From Acidobacteriota bacterium (GTDB taxonomy: Bacteria > Acidobacteriota > Holophagae > Thermotomaculales > Thermotomaculaceae), in contig JAADGL010000016.1 of NCBI GenBank assembly GCA_013152385.1, positions 47,694-111,693 on the forward strand: a stretch of DNA of 64,000 nucleotides. Reading direction: 5' to 3'. Made by a program: the position numbers and the translations under genes. Shown one piece after another: positions 17,853 to 26,191 of this stretch. Positions within the stretch are counted from its first letter, which is position 1; the number at the start of each line of letters is the position of its first letter. The notes under the pieces are model-generated. The model did not search any database, had not been told where the DNA came from, and saw only the letters and a list, made by a program, of their open reading frames with translations.

Positions 17853-18612
17853 TTCGGATGTGTACCTCCTGATGGAAATTCATCGTTTCCCCTCCTGCTT
17901 TTACCTGCATCAGAATTGTCAGCAGGGCGGTATTGGACAGGGTTCCGGAGCTGTATTGGAAACGGATGGAGGAAACATGGTCAATGAGAATGTTCTGGTC
18001 TGCCGCACTGTTTTTGTAGTCTTCTCCCGGGGCGTAGCCAAAATAACGAATCAGTTCACCGGAAGTGTTTCTGGCATACGTAACCGGGCTTTCGCACATC
18101 TGATAGCGTTTGGTGGAAGAATGGGGCTTGGCGGATGCGTTGATACTGACCTGATTTCCGGAAACTCCTGCCACTGAGAAGGTGGAGGGAGAAGACGGAT
18201 AGGCATAGAAATCATCCGGCGAGACGTTGTAGATGACAATAAACGATGCGGATGGTACCGCAAGGCCGGTATCGTCATTCAACGTGTAGGGAGAACTGCC
18301 GCCGGTGATGCTGCTGTAATGGGAAAAGAATATTGCCCGGCCGAATTCAAGGGTGTCGTTTGAGGCGTTGACGGTGGAAACCCGGACGGAATTGGGCACA
18401 GCTTCCCGGAGTTCCCGGGACATACGTTCCAGTGCCAGCCTTGCCCGGTTGACCAGTTCTTTCCGGGCAACCTGCTGCCGGTAGCCTTCGGTGCCGTAGA
18501 AAATTATCGGTACCAGTACACCGGCAATGATTCCCACCAGTACGATGGAAATCACCAGTTCAATGAGAGTGAATCCCTTTTCAGAAATTGGTTTTGATTG
18601 CCGTAAATACAA
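17842..18612 (-). CDS. prepilin-type N-terminal cleavage/methylation domain protein (MshO-like minor pilin)
   Basis: KGFTLIELVISIVLVGIIAG class III signal, 256 aa. Confidence 0.6.
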   Translation of the reverse strand: MYLRQSKPISEKGFTLIELVISIVLVGIIAGVLVPIIFYGTEGYRQQVARKELVNRARLALERMSRELREAVPNSVRVSTVNASNDTLEFGRAIFFSHYSSITGGSSPYTLNDDTGLAVPSASFIVIYNVSPDDFYAYPSSPSTFSVAGVSGNQVSINASAKPHSSTKRYQMCESPVTYARNTSGELIRYFGYAPGEDYKNSAADQNILIDHVSSIRFQYSSGTLSNTALLTILMQVKAGGETMNFHQEVHIRNVP

Positions 18613-19138
18613 AGTTTTCTCCCATTGGGGTGGTGACGGTTACCCGGATTCGTTTATAATTTTTCGTGTCCAGGCTGGCCGGAGCACCGGTTGGTTTGTA
18701 GAAATCCACACTTACCGAACGGGAATATCCCTTAAAATCGGCCGAAATGTCAGTTCCCAGCTCATTTTTCAGGGGTTCGCCGGACACACCGTCTGCGTAG
18801 CCGTTATAGTCATCCACATCGTCAAAATCCGTTCTCCCGGATTCCCCGGCTTCGGTTCCGATGTTTGCTTCACTGACCGGGATTCTCCCCCCCCCCAGCG
18901 GGGTATCTTCATCCCAGCGTTTCAGCAGGATTTCATCCATCATTGCCTGGCCCAGTTCCACTCCTTTAATTTCAAGAAACGGCCGGGCCCCTTCCTGGAC
19001 GTTGTTCATAATTACGCCGATTATACCGGTAACCGCAATCCCGATAACGACAATGGCAATTACCGTTTCAATGAGGGTGAATCCTTTCCGTCCGCTTTTT
19101 CTGTCCGTCCGTTTTTTCGGCAGCTGATCAAAGCTCAT
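18581..19138 (-). CDS. prepilin-type N-terminal cleavage/methylation domain protein (MshD-like minor pilin)
   Basis: RKGFTLIETVIAIVVIGIAVTG class III signal. The ATG at 19138 overlaps the upstream stop by 11 nt. Confidence 0.6.
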   Translation of the reverse strand: MSFDQLPKKRTDRKSGRKGFTLIETVIAIVVIGIAVTGIIGVIMNNVQEGARPFLEIKGVELGQAMMDEILLKRWDEDTPLGGGRIPVSEANIGTEAGESGRTDFDDVDDYNGYADGVSGEPLKNELGTDISADFKGYSRSVSVDFYKPTGAPASLDTKNYKRIRVTVTTPMGENFVFTAIKTNF

Positions 19139-19628
19139 GAACATACCCCGTATTGGCCTCCACTTTGATACTGACCGATACATTTCCCGAAGAAAATGTC
19201 AAAGTGGCACCGTTTGGCGTGGGACGGCCGAGATAATCAAAAAAAATTGAGGTAGTTCCCGATGGAGAAATCGTAAAACTCGAGTCGTACTGAATCTGCA
19301 GAGGGCTGACCCGGTCTTCCGGTGACGGGATAATATTCGCGGTGCTGGTGCAGTCGGTTTTGTTTACGGTATAGCGGCTGTTTCCGGTATCCAGGCAGAT
19401 TCCGTAGGGTTGGCTCCGGGACATGGCCAGTTCCTGAGCGAAGGTCAGGTAATTCAGCATCAATTTCGCGTCTTTTCGTACACGGGTATCGGAAATTGAA
19501 AGCAGTTTCGGAGTGGCAACAATGGCAATGATTCCGATAATTACAATTATCATTACCAGCTCAATCAGGGTGAATCCCTGTCTGTTTTCCTTCGATGTGT
19601 ACCCGGCATACCTGTTTTCTATTTTCAT
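19128..19628 (-). CDS. prepilin-type N-terminal cleavage/methylation domain protein (GspH/FimT/MshC-like minor pilin)
   Basis: RQGFTLIELVMIIVIIGIIAIVATPKLL class III signal. I chose the ATG at 19628 (MKIENRY). Confidence 0.6.
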   Translation of the reverse strand: MKIENRYAGYTSKENRQGFTLIELVMIIVIIGIIAIVATPKLLSISDTRVRKDAKLMLNYLTFAQELAMSRSQPYGICLDTGNSRYTVNKTDCTSTANIIPSPEDRVSPLQIQYDSSFTISPSGTTSIFFDYLGRPTPNGATLTFSSGNVSVSIKVEANTGYVHEL

Positions 19629-19779
19629 TATTCCCATTCTACCGCCGCAAAAGCAGTTGCGCAAGTATCTTTGCACTTGAGAAGAGGGGTAAGGTCTGCC
19701 GGAAACAAGTCAAACGGTTGGTATTTGCATATGGCGAAGCATTGCAGAATATTGTTTTCTGTTATCGAGTTTTTCCTGC

Positions 19780-20790
19780 TCAATCCTGTTTCTGGTAACA
19801 GTAGGGGCAAACTTTGGCCCGGGGGGAGAGGAGCTTTCCGCAGTTGAAACAAACTTTTTTTGACGGAGTTCTGTCAGATACCGGCCGGCTGGCGGGGCGG
19901 GGGATTTCTCCTTTCGGAATTTCAGGGGGAGTGTCATTTTCCTGTAATTTGATAATTGCCTGTTTGAACGCTGCGGCATCTAAATAGCGTTCCGTGTAAT
20001 TTTTCGCCAGCGCTTTCATAATAATTGCAGATTGCCCGGGAGTCAGGTTATCTACCTTTTCATGGAGAGCGGTAAACAGCCGTTCTTTTACTTCTTTCTC
20101 AATTTTCAGGGGGTTAAAATTTTCAAAAGGGAGTTTTCCCATCATCATTTCATAAAACATCATGCCGATGGAATAGATATCGGACTGAAAAACCGCTTTT
20201 CCCTCGAAGTGTTCCGGTGCCATGTACGGCGGGCACCCTACCCGGGTGACGGCGATGGATTCCGGATTCAGATAACGGGAGGTTCCGAAATCTGTCATCT
20301 TTACCATGTGTTCTTCGGTTAACAGCACATTTGCCGGGCGGATGTCCCGGTGAATAATTTGGTGGTCATGGGCGAATTTTACCGCGTCACAGACCTGAAA
20401 GATAATGGAGACGGCTTTTTCCCATTTCAGCCCTCCGGTGTCTTTGATAAGCCGGTCCAGTGAAGGCCCGGAAATATATTCGGAGACGATGAAAAAAATG
20501 CCGTCTTTTTTTTCCACCGAATAAATCTGAACAATATTCGGATGAGAAAGTGAAGCTTGCAGCCGGGGTTCCTGAAGCATCTTTTCCAGATCCTGATTTT
20601 GGTTGTGCGGGATTTTTAATGCGACTTTCCGTTTAACCCACGTATCGGATGCCAGGTACACCGACCCGAATCCTCCGCTTCCCAGCCGTTTGATGATTCT
20701 ATATTTCCCCAGTGTTTTTCTGTCCAGCAGCATGCCGTCATCATACCATAAAATCGGCATGTGAGCGGAATGATTCGGATTGGTTTCCAT
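19780..20790 (-). CDS. Ser/Thr protein kinase with C-terminal zinc ribbon
   Basis: Hanks kinase motifs GSGGFGSVY, VALK, HRDIRPANVLL, DFG, APE. The C-terminus is CFNCGKLLSPRAKVCPYCY. The start is uncertain (20790 METNP, or 20760 MPILW; the ORF is open to 20859). Confidence 0.8.
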   Translation of the reverse strand: METNPNHSAHMPILWYDDGMLLDRKTLGKYRIIKRLGSGGFGSVYLASDTWVKRKVALKIPHNQNQDLEKMLQEPRLQASLSHPNIVQIYSVEKKDGIFFIVSEYISGPSLDRLIKDTGGLKWEKAVSIIFQVCDAVKFAHDHQIIHRDIRPANVLLTEEHMVKMTDFGTSRYLNPESIAVTRVGCPPYMAPEHFEGKAVFQSDIYSIGMMFYEMMMGKLPFENFNPLKIEKEVKERLFTALHEKVDNLTPGQSAIIMKALAKNYTERYLDAAAFKQAIIKLQENDTPPEIPKGEIPRPASRPVSDRTPSKKVCFNCGKLLSPRAKVCPYCYQKQD

Positions 20791-20842
20791 GGACAGGCGC
20801 TTGTCTGGTAGAATGCAGAACAAGAAAAAGGGAGAAGGTGAG

Positions 20843-21625
20843 ATGACAGTGCATTCCACGCATTTAATTCATTGCGCTTATCATAAATGTCTGACAGTGT
20901 ATACGGCCCGAATATTCAAATCGCTTTTTAACCGCACACTGCTTTCCTGCTTCGGCCGATACCGGCACTTCAGAAGCAATGTTGATGCATTTTATGCCGG
21001 ACTTGAGCACTATCGTTTACTCTCAGTGAACAACTGTTGCCCGGAAATCACTAAACTTGGTGATTTTCGTATGACGCGGTTTATTCGAGACCCCAGAGAT
21101 CTGGTTGTATCCGGTTATTTTTATCATCAAAATTGCAATGAAAAATGGACATATGTGCCCGGAGCACAAAATATGGATTTTCGTGTGGTAAACGGCTGTG
21201 TGCCCGAGGGAATGAAACCGGACGAATCTTACCGGGAGTTTTTGGCTCGAATCCCTCTTGAAGAGGGGTTAATGGCGGAGATTCAATTCAGGAAGCATCA
21301 TTTTGATTCCATGTGGAAATGGCCGGCACATGACCCCCGGATCCGGCTGTTTTATTACGAGGATATTATGGGAAATGAAAAAGAGGTTTTTCGCGAGCTT
21401 TTTGAATTCTATGAACTTCCGGAAGCGCTTATCCAAATCGGTTTGTTTTTTGTCGGACGGTATGCTGTGAAACCTGGCCGAGATTTCCCCCGCCACGTCC
21501 GGGACCCCCGCAAAGGTCAATGGCGTGAATATTTCACGGATACTGTTTCAGCATATCTGGAAGAACGACATCCGGGCCTCATTTCCTTTCTGGGCTATGA
21601 ACAGGGAATTTCCCCCGGCCGGTAA
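20843..21625 (+). CDS. sulfotransferase family protein
   Basis: 3'-PAPS-binding type motif FIRDPRDLVVSGYFYH. The N-terminal CAYHKCLTVY lies where the PKxGTT loop normally sits but is diverged. ATG at 20843 with GGAGAAGG upstream. Confidence 0.6.
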   Translation: MTVHSTHLIHCAYHKCLTVYTARIFKSLFNRTLLSCFGRYRHFRSNVDAFYAGLEHYRLLSVNNCCPEITKLGDFRMTRFIRDPRDLVVSGYFYHQNCNEKWTYVPGAQNMDFRVVNGCVPEGMKPDESYREFLARIPLEEGLMAEIQFRKHHFDSMWKWPAHDPRIRLFYYEDIMGNEKEVFRELFEFYELPEALIQIGLFFVGRYAVKPGRDFPRHVRDPRKGQWREYFTDTVSAYLEERHPGLISFLGYEQGISPGR

Positions 21626-21682
21626 TGTTCATGTTGATTCGGCGGTTGGATTTTATCTTTGGTGTTTTTCCGGAATTATTAT

Positions 21683-22327
21683 TCAGACTCCCCTGTCCCG
21701 GTCGGGCCAGATAAAGCGGTGGATTTGGCAGTTCAACCGCACGGCTAACCGGTCTTTCAGGATCCACTCCGCCAGTGTCGCAGGAGAAAGGCCCGGCGTA
21801 ACCGGAGAAAAGTTGATTACACATCCTTTTTCCCGAAGATTATGTTTTGAGATAAAATTAACCGCCCAGTCATAATCTTTTCTGTGGCAGAGGGTAAATT
21901 TAAATTCATCCGTTTTTTCACGCATCAGCGGAATATTGGAAAGGAGATTGCGGTGGGACATTTCGCTTCCCGGTGTTTTAATGTCCAGCATGATCCGGAC
22001 CTTATCACGGATAAACGGGGCAATATCCATTGAACCGCCGGTTTCAATCACAATTTGGCGGTTTTTTTCCAGAATCCGTGTCATCAATTCCGGAAGTTCT
22101 TTCTGCGCAAGCGGTTCCCCTCCGGTGAGGTGGACAATTTTAAGCTCATTTTTTTCTATGATTTCGATAAGCTCCGGGATAGTTGTTTCCTTCCCTTCTT
22201 CGTAAGCGTAGACGGTATCGCAATAGCTGCAGCGGAGGGGACAGCCGGTAAACCGGACAAAAAGCATGGGGAAGCCGGTCAGTGAAGTTTCTCCTTCGAT
22301 GGCGGCAAAAATTTCATTTATTTTCAT
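21683..22327 (-). CDS. queE: 7-carboxy-7-deazaguanine synthase (radical SAM)
   Basis: FVRFTGCPLRCSYCDT cluster motif, about 210 aa, overlaps the queD stop by 4 nt. Confidence 0.85.
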   Translation of the reverse strand: MKINEIFAAIEGETSLTGFPMLFVRFTGCPLRCSYCDTVYAYEEGKETTIPELIEIIEKNELKIVHLTGGEPLAQKELPELMTRILEKNRQIVIETGGSMDIAPFIRDKVRIMLDIKTPGSEMSHRNLLSNIPLMREKTDEFKFTLCHRKDYDWAVNFISKHNLREKGCVINFSPVTPGLSPATLAEWILKDRLAVRLNCQIHRFIWPDRDRGV

Positions 22328-22698
22328 TTGTCCGGGATGTAGGCGGCAACGTAATCGTCGGTTTCATAGACCTCAACCCGCAGAACCCTGGTGCCGGTGA
22401 AGCTATTTTGAAGGCGGGAATAAAAAAACGCGGCGAGATTTTCTGCGGTGGGGTTGATATCAGTAGACTGAAAATACGGATGCTCATTGAGGACAATGTG
22501 GTCCAATTTCCCGGCAATTTCATCCAGTTTGCCTTTCAACCGGATAAAATCCACAAGCATACCGGTTTTGTTGAGTTTCATCCCGGCTATTTCCACCACT
22601 ACCCGCCAGTTGTGGCCGTGGAGCCTGGAACAATTCCCCTCGTAACCGGTGAGATAATGGGACGATGAAAAACGGGTTTCAACTCTTACGCTATACAT
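22324..22698 (-). CDS. queD: 6-carboxy-5,6,7,8-tetrahydropterin synthase
   Basis: FSSSHYL...CSRLHGHNWRVVVE motif of the PTPS/QueD family. The start is taken at MYSVRVETRF; the ORF is open to 22728. Confidence 0.85.
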   Translation of the reverse strand: MYSVRVETRFSSSHYLTGYEGNCSRLHGHNWRVVVEIAGMKLNKTGMLVDFIRLKGKLDEIAGKLDHIVLNEHPYFQSTDINPTAENLAAFFYSRLQNSFTGTRVLRVEVYETDDYVAAYIPDK

Positions 22699-22834
22699 CA
22701 ACCCCATTATACAGTTTGAGCTGTCCATTGCAACTGCGGAGCCGGATGGCGGGATAGTGTGCGTTTTATCGGGGCATCAAATGAGAAGGGGTTGGATTTG
22801 CCTGATTTATGGTTTCGATTTCTGATTATTTCTG

Positions 22835-23242
22835 TCAGCGGGAACGGATGAGTAAAAGCGGGATAGAGATACTGTGTTTGAGTTTGTCCGAAACACTGCC
22901 AAAGAGGATATCCCCGAAAAAATGGTGGCCGTGGGTAGCCATTGCCACAAGGTCATAATCTTTTCCTTCAATTTCTTTCAGGATTTCCGTTTCCGGCTCA
23001 CCGGTTCGGAAAACAGTATGAGTGCGGATTCCGGCATCTTCCAGTTTGATTCGGTGTTCATTCAACTGTTTTTCCGCTTTTTCTCCAAGCGCCCGTTTTT
23101 GGTCAAGGGTATGGGCGTGAACAACGTGGAGCAGAAAAACTTCCGCCCCATTCTGCTTTGCCAGAAGCAAAATATGGGCAATGATGGTGTCGTCCACCGG
23201 AGAACAGTCCATCGTTACAAGGATTTTTTTATACAACTGCAT
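22835..23242 (-). CDS. universal stress protein (UspA family)
   Basis: KKILVTMDCSPVDD...LLHVV...VAMATHGHHFFGDILFGSVSDKLKH, a typical Usp fold signature. Confidence 0.8.
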   Translation of the reverse strand: MQLYKKILVTMDCSPVDDTIIAHILLLAKQNGAEVFLLHVVHAHTLDQKRALGEKAEKQLNEHRIKLEDAGIRTHTVFRTGEPETEILKEIEGKDYDLVAMATHGHHFFGDILFGSVSDKLKHSISIPLLLIRSR

Positions 23243-23244
23243 AG

Positions 23245-24495
23245 TCAGGCACCTCCCGCAAAGGTCGAATAAAGAAGGTAAAGATTCAAAGCGATGACAA
23301 TTCCGGAAATAGCCACTGCGGAGATGAATTCCGCCGTGCCGCTTCTGAACCCTTTCATCAGTTTTCTGTTCCGGCAGAGAATTAAAAGCGGAATAAGGGT
23401 GAACGGAAGTTGAATACTCAATACCACCTGGCTGAAAATCAGAATCTTGAAAGTATTCATGCTGAGAATAATGATAAGAAAAGATGGAATTGCCGTGACA
23501 AAAACAGAGATTCGGTAGAGAAGGGTCCGGGGGTCTTCCGGTTTGCCCAGAAATCCGGTGATGACATTTGCCTCCGCCATAGAGGAGGTGACGGAAGAGC
23601 CGACGCCGGCAAAAACCAGCGCAAGGGCAAAAAGAAGCCCAGCCAGCGGGCCGGCAAGGGGTTTCAGTGTTTCGGATGCCTGCTCGATACTGCTGACCGT
23701 GATATGGTTTCTGGCGAATACGGCAGCTGCCACGATGATCATAGCGGAGTTTACAATCCAGCCCATACTCATGGCAAAAAAAGTGTCCAGCTTTTCATAA
23801 CGAATCAGCGTTTTTTTCTCTTCTTCCGAGCCGCCCCATTTCCGGCTGTGAATTACGTTGGAATGGAGAAAAATGTTGTGGGGCATCACCACCGCGCCGA
23901 GAATTGCCATTGCCACATAAATACTGCTTCTGTCAATATTCGGAATTACAAGGGCGGGCGCCAGCGTTCCCCAGTCGGGCCGGACAATGAGGATTTCAAT
24001 GACATAACATACCGCAATAATTCCGAGAAAGCCGATAATGATGGCTTCCAGCCGGTGATAGCGCTGGCTGACAATGAGGAAGACTTCCAGTAAAACCGTA
24101 AGGAGCGCGCCTGTCCAGAGCGGCATTCCGAACAGAAGATTAAACCCGATGGCGCCACCGATGAGTTCCGCCACATCGGTGGCGACACAGGCCAGTACAA
24201 TCGTTCCCCCGAGGAAAGCGGTAACCGGCCGGGAAAAATGTTGCCGGATATTGGCGGCGAGGGATTTTCCGGTGGCAATTCCCAGTTTCGCGGCCATGTG
24301 CTGAATTACAATCAGCATAACGGTACTTAATGTGATAACCCAGAGCAGTTCGTAGCCGAAGCGGGAACCGCCCTCAATATTGGTGGCCCAGTTTCCCGGG
24401 TCAATGAATCCCACTGTGACCAGAAATCCCGGCCCGAGAAAACTCAGCAGTGTTTTAAATGGAAATTTTTTTTCGGTTCCCGTATTCCCTGCCAT
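23245..24495 (-). CDS. mntH: Nramp-family divalent metal (Mn2+/Fe2+) transporter
   Basis: GPGFLVTVGFIDPGNWATNIEGG signature, about 11 TM. ATG at 24495 preceded by GGGAG; the ORF track starts at the TTG at 24510. Confidence 0.85.
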   Translation of the reverse strand: MAGNTGTEKKFPFKTLLSFLGPGFLVTVGFIDPGNWATNIEGGSRFGYELLWVITLSTVMLIVIQHMAAKLGIATGKSLAANIRQHFSRPVTAFLGGTIVLACVATDVAELIGGAIGFNLLFGMPLWTGALLTVLLEVFLIVSQRYHRLEAIIIGFLGIIAVCYVIEILIVRPDWGTLAPALVIPNIDRSSIYVAMAILGAVVMPHNIFLHSNVIHSRKWGGSEEEKKTLIRYEKLDTFFAMSMGWIVNSAMIIVAAAVFARNHITVSSIEQASETLKPLAGPLAGLLFALALVFAGVGSSVTSSMAEANVITGFLGKPEDPRTLLYRISVFVTAIPSFLIIILSMNTFKILIFSQVVLSIQLPFTLIPLLILCRNRKLMKGFRSGTAEFISAVAISGIVIALNLYLLYSTFAGGA

Positions 24496-24524
24496 TGTCA
24501 CATCTCCCAAACCGGTCCTGATTG

Positions 24525-24568
24525 CTGAAAATATAATTCAGTATACGGTGCCGTCCGTTTGCCGTCAA
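24525..24568 (-). promoter_or_regulatory. candidate mntH promoter (TTGACG-17-TATACT) with an AT-rich inverted repeat over the start site
   Basis: On the minus strand, TTGACG (24568-24563), a 17-nt spacer and TATACT (24545-24540). CTGAA-n7-TTCAG at 24541-24525. Confidence 0.45.
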
Positions 24569-24619
24569 CAGCTATACTTCTCTGTTCTGTCAGCGGTGCT
24601 GCAGTGGTGTCTCTTTGTT

Positions 24620-26191
24620 TTATTGCCGGAGTACCGCAATAGCGGTTTTGATGCCGTCAACGGCGGCGCTCATGATGCCGCCGGCATAACCGGCCCCCTC
24701 TCCACATGGGAAAATCCGCTTGTGGGAGAGGGATCGGCGGTTTTCCTTGTCCCGGAGAATTCGAAGGGGGGCAGATGTCCGGGTTTCCACTCCCACAAGG
24801 TTGGCGGACGGGTCGGCGAAGCCCCGTACCCGGTGGTTGAATGCACGCAGTCCGGCCCGCATCTGATTTACGACAAAATCCGGCAGCAGCTCATGGAGAG
24901 GGTAGGGGTACGTGTGTCCGGTAAAACTTGTGGCCATGGGCTCCACCGTCATTCTGCCGTCCAGGAAATCCACTGCCCGCTGAGCCGGCGCCATGAATCC
25001 CGGCATTCCAAGCCGGTAGGCATCCTGTTCAATCTGCCGCTGGAACCGGACACCGGCGAGGGGTCCGCCGCCGTTAAAAGCGGACACCGGTACTTTTGCC
25101 ACCAGTGCGGCATTGGCAAAAGGGCTGTTTCGTTTGGAACTGCTCATGCCGTTGACGCAGAGCGTTTCCGGTTCATTTACCGCGAGGATAATTTCTCCGC
25201 CGGGGCACATACAGAACGTGTAGCATCCGCTGTCGTTCTCCCCGTTCCATGCCATTTGATACGCGGCGGGGGGAAGGCCGAAACGGTTCCGGTTCCCTTT
25301 TCCGTACATGATATCGTCAATCAGCCCCTGTGGATGTTCTATCCTTGCACCCACCGCGAAAGGTTTGGGTTCCATTGCCATGCCGGATTCCATGAGAAGG
25401 CGGTACGTATCCCTTGCGGAATGGCCGATGGCGAGAATCAGGCAATCTCCGGTAAGGGTTTTCCCGTCGGCGGTTTGTACAAGCACTTGTTTATTGTTTT
25501 CCCGGAAGCCGGTAAACCGGGTATTGAAATGAATTTCCGCTCCCCCGGATAAAAGATATTCGCGAACCGCCGCCAGCACTTTAATGAGCTTGTCCGTACC
25601 CACGTGGGGTTTGGCGTCGGTGAGGATTCTGTCCCGCGCGCCGAAGCGGACAAGCTGTTCCAGCACAAACCCGCACATCGGATCATTGATTCTCGTGGTC
25701 AGTTTTCCGTCGGAAAATGTTCCGGCGCCGCCTTCACCGAAGAGAGGGTTGCTGTCTTCGTTCAATTCTCCCCGGTTCCAGAGAGCGTTGACATCTCGTA
25801 CCCGTTCCTCCACCGGTTTTCCGCGCTCAAGAATGACCGGTTTAACGCCTTTTTCCAGAAAAGTCAGTGCCGCAAACAGGCCCGCAGGGCCCAAGCCCGC
25901 AATAACCGGGTTTTCTATCCTGTTTGCCGGAACTTTTTCCAGAGTTTCCCGAAAATCCGGCTGTTCGATTTCCAGAACCTTCGGTTGTCCGTTTAAATGC
26001 GCGGTGCCGTTTTCCACCGGCACTTCCATTGTATAAACCGCCCGGGGCCGTTTTCCCCTGACATCCAGCGCCTGTCTGCGGATTGTAATCTTTTCTTCAT
26101 CCACACGGTATTTTCCCGCTGCCTGTGAAATTGCCTGTTCCGGACGAAGGCCCCAGCGGGTAATAAACTGAGTAATCCGGTAGACCTTCAT
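24620..26191 (-). CDS. FAD-dependent protein of the COG2509 type (uncharacterised FAD-dependent dehydrogenase)
   Basis: VIAGLGPAGLFAAL dinucleotide-binding motif after an about 90-aa N-terminal domain, and CGEGAGYAGGIMSAAVDG near the C-terminus. Confidence 0.65.
   Translation of the reverse strand: MKVYRITQFITRWGLRPEQAISQAAGKYRVDEEKITIRRQALDVRGKRPRAVYTMEVPVENGTAHLNGQPKVLEIEQPDFRETLEKVPANRIENPVIAGLGPAGLFAALTFLEKGVKPVILERGKPVEERVRDVNALWNRGELNEDSNPLFGEGGAGTFSDGKLTTRINDPMCGFVLEQLVRFGARDRILTDAKPHVGTDKLIKVLAAVREYLLSGGAEIHFNTRFTGFRENNKQVLVQTADGKTLTGDCLILAIGHSARDTYRLLMESGMAMEPKPFAVGARIEHPQGLIDDIMYGKGNRNRFGLPPAAYQMAWNGENDSGCYTFCMCPGGEIILAVNEPETLCVNGMSSSKRNSPFANAALVAKVPVSAFNGGGPLAGVRFQRQIEQDAYRLGMPGFMAPAQRAVDFLDGRMTVEPMATSFTGHTYPYPLHELLPDFVVNQMRAGLRAFNHRVRGFADPSANLVGVETRTSAPLRILRDKENRRSLSHKRIFPCGEGAGYAGGIMSAAVDGIKTAIAVLRQ

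Noticed and set aside
20780-20859. Apparent 80-nt head-to-head overlap of the kinase and sulfotransferase ORFs in the ORF track.
   Set aside because: Both ORFs have better internal starts (kinase 20790 or 20760; sulfotransferase ATG at 20843 with GGAGAAGG upstream). This turns the overlap into a normal short divergent spacer.
24496-24619. Mn-sensing yybP-ykoY riboswitch in front of mntH.
   Set aside because: With the promoter placed at 24540-24568, the leader is only about 30-40 nt. I saw no four-way-junction-type conserved segments. This was not checked with a covariance model.
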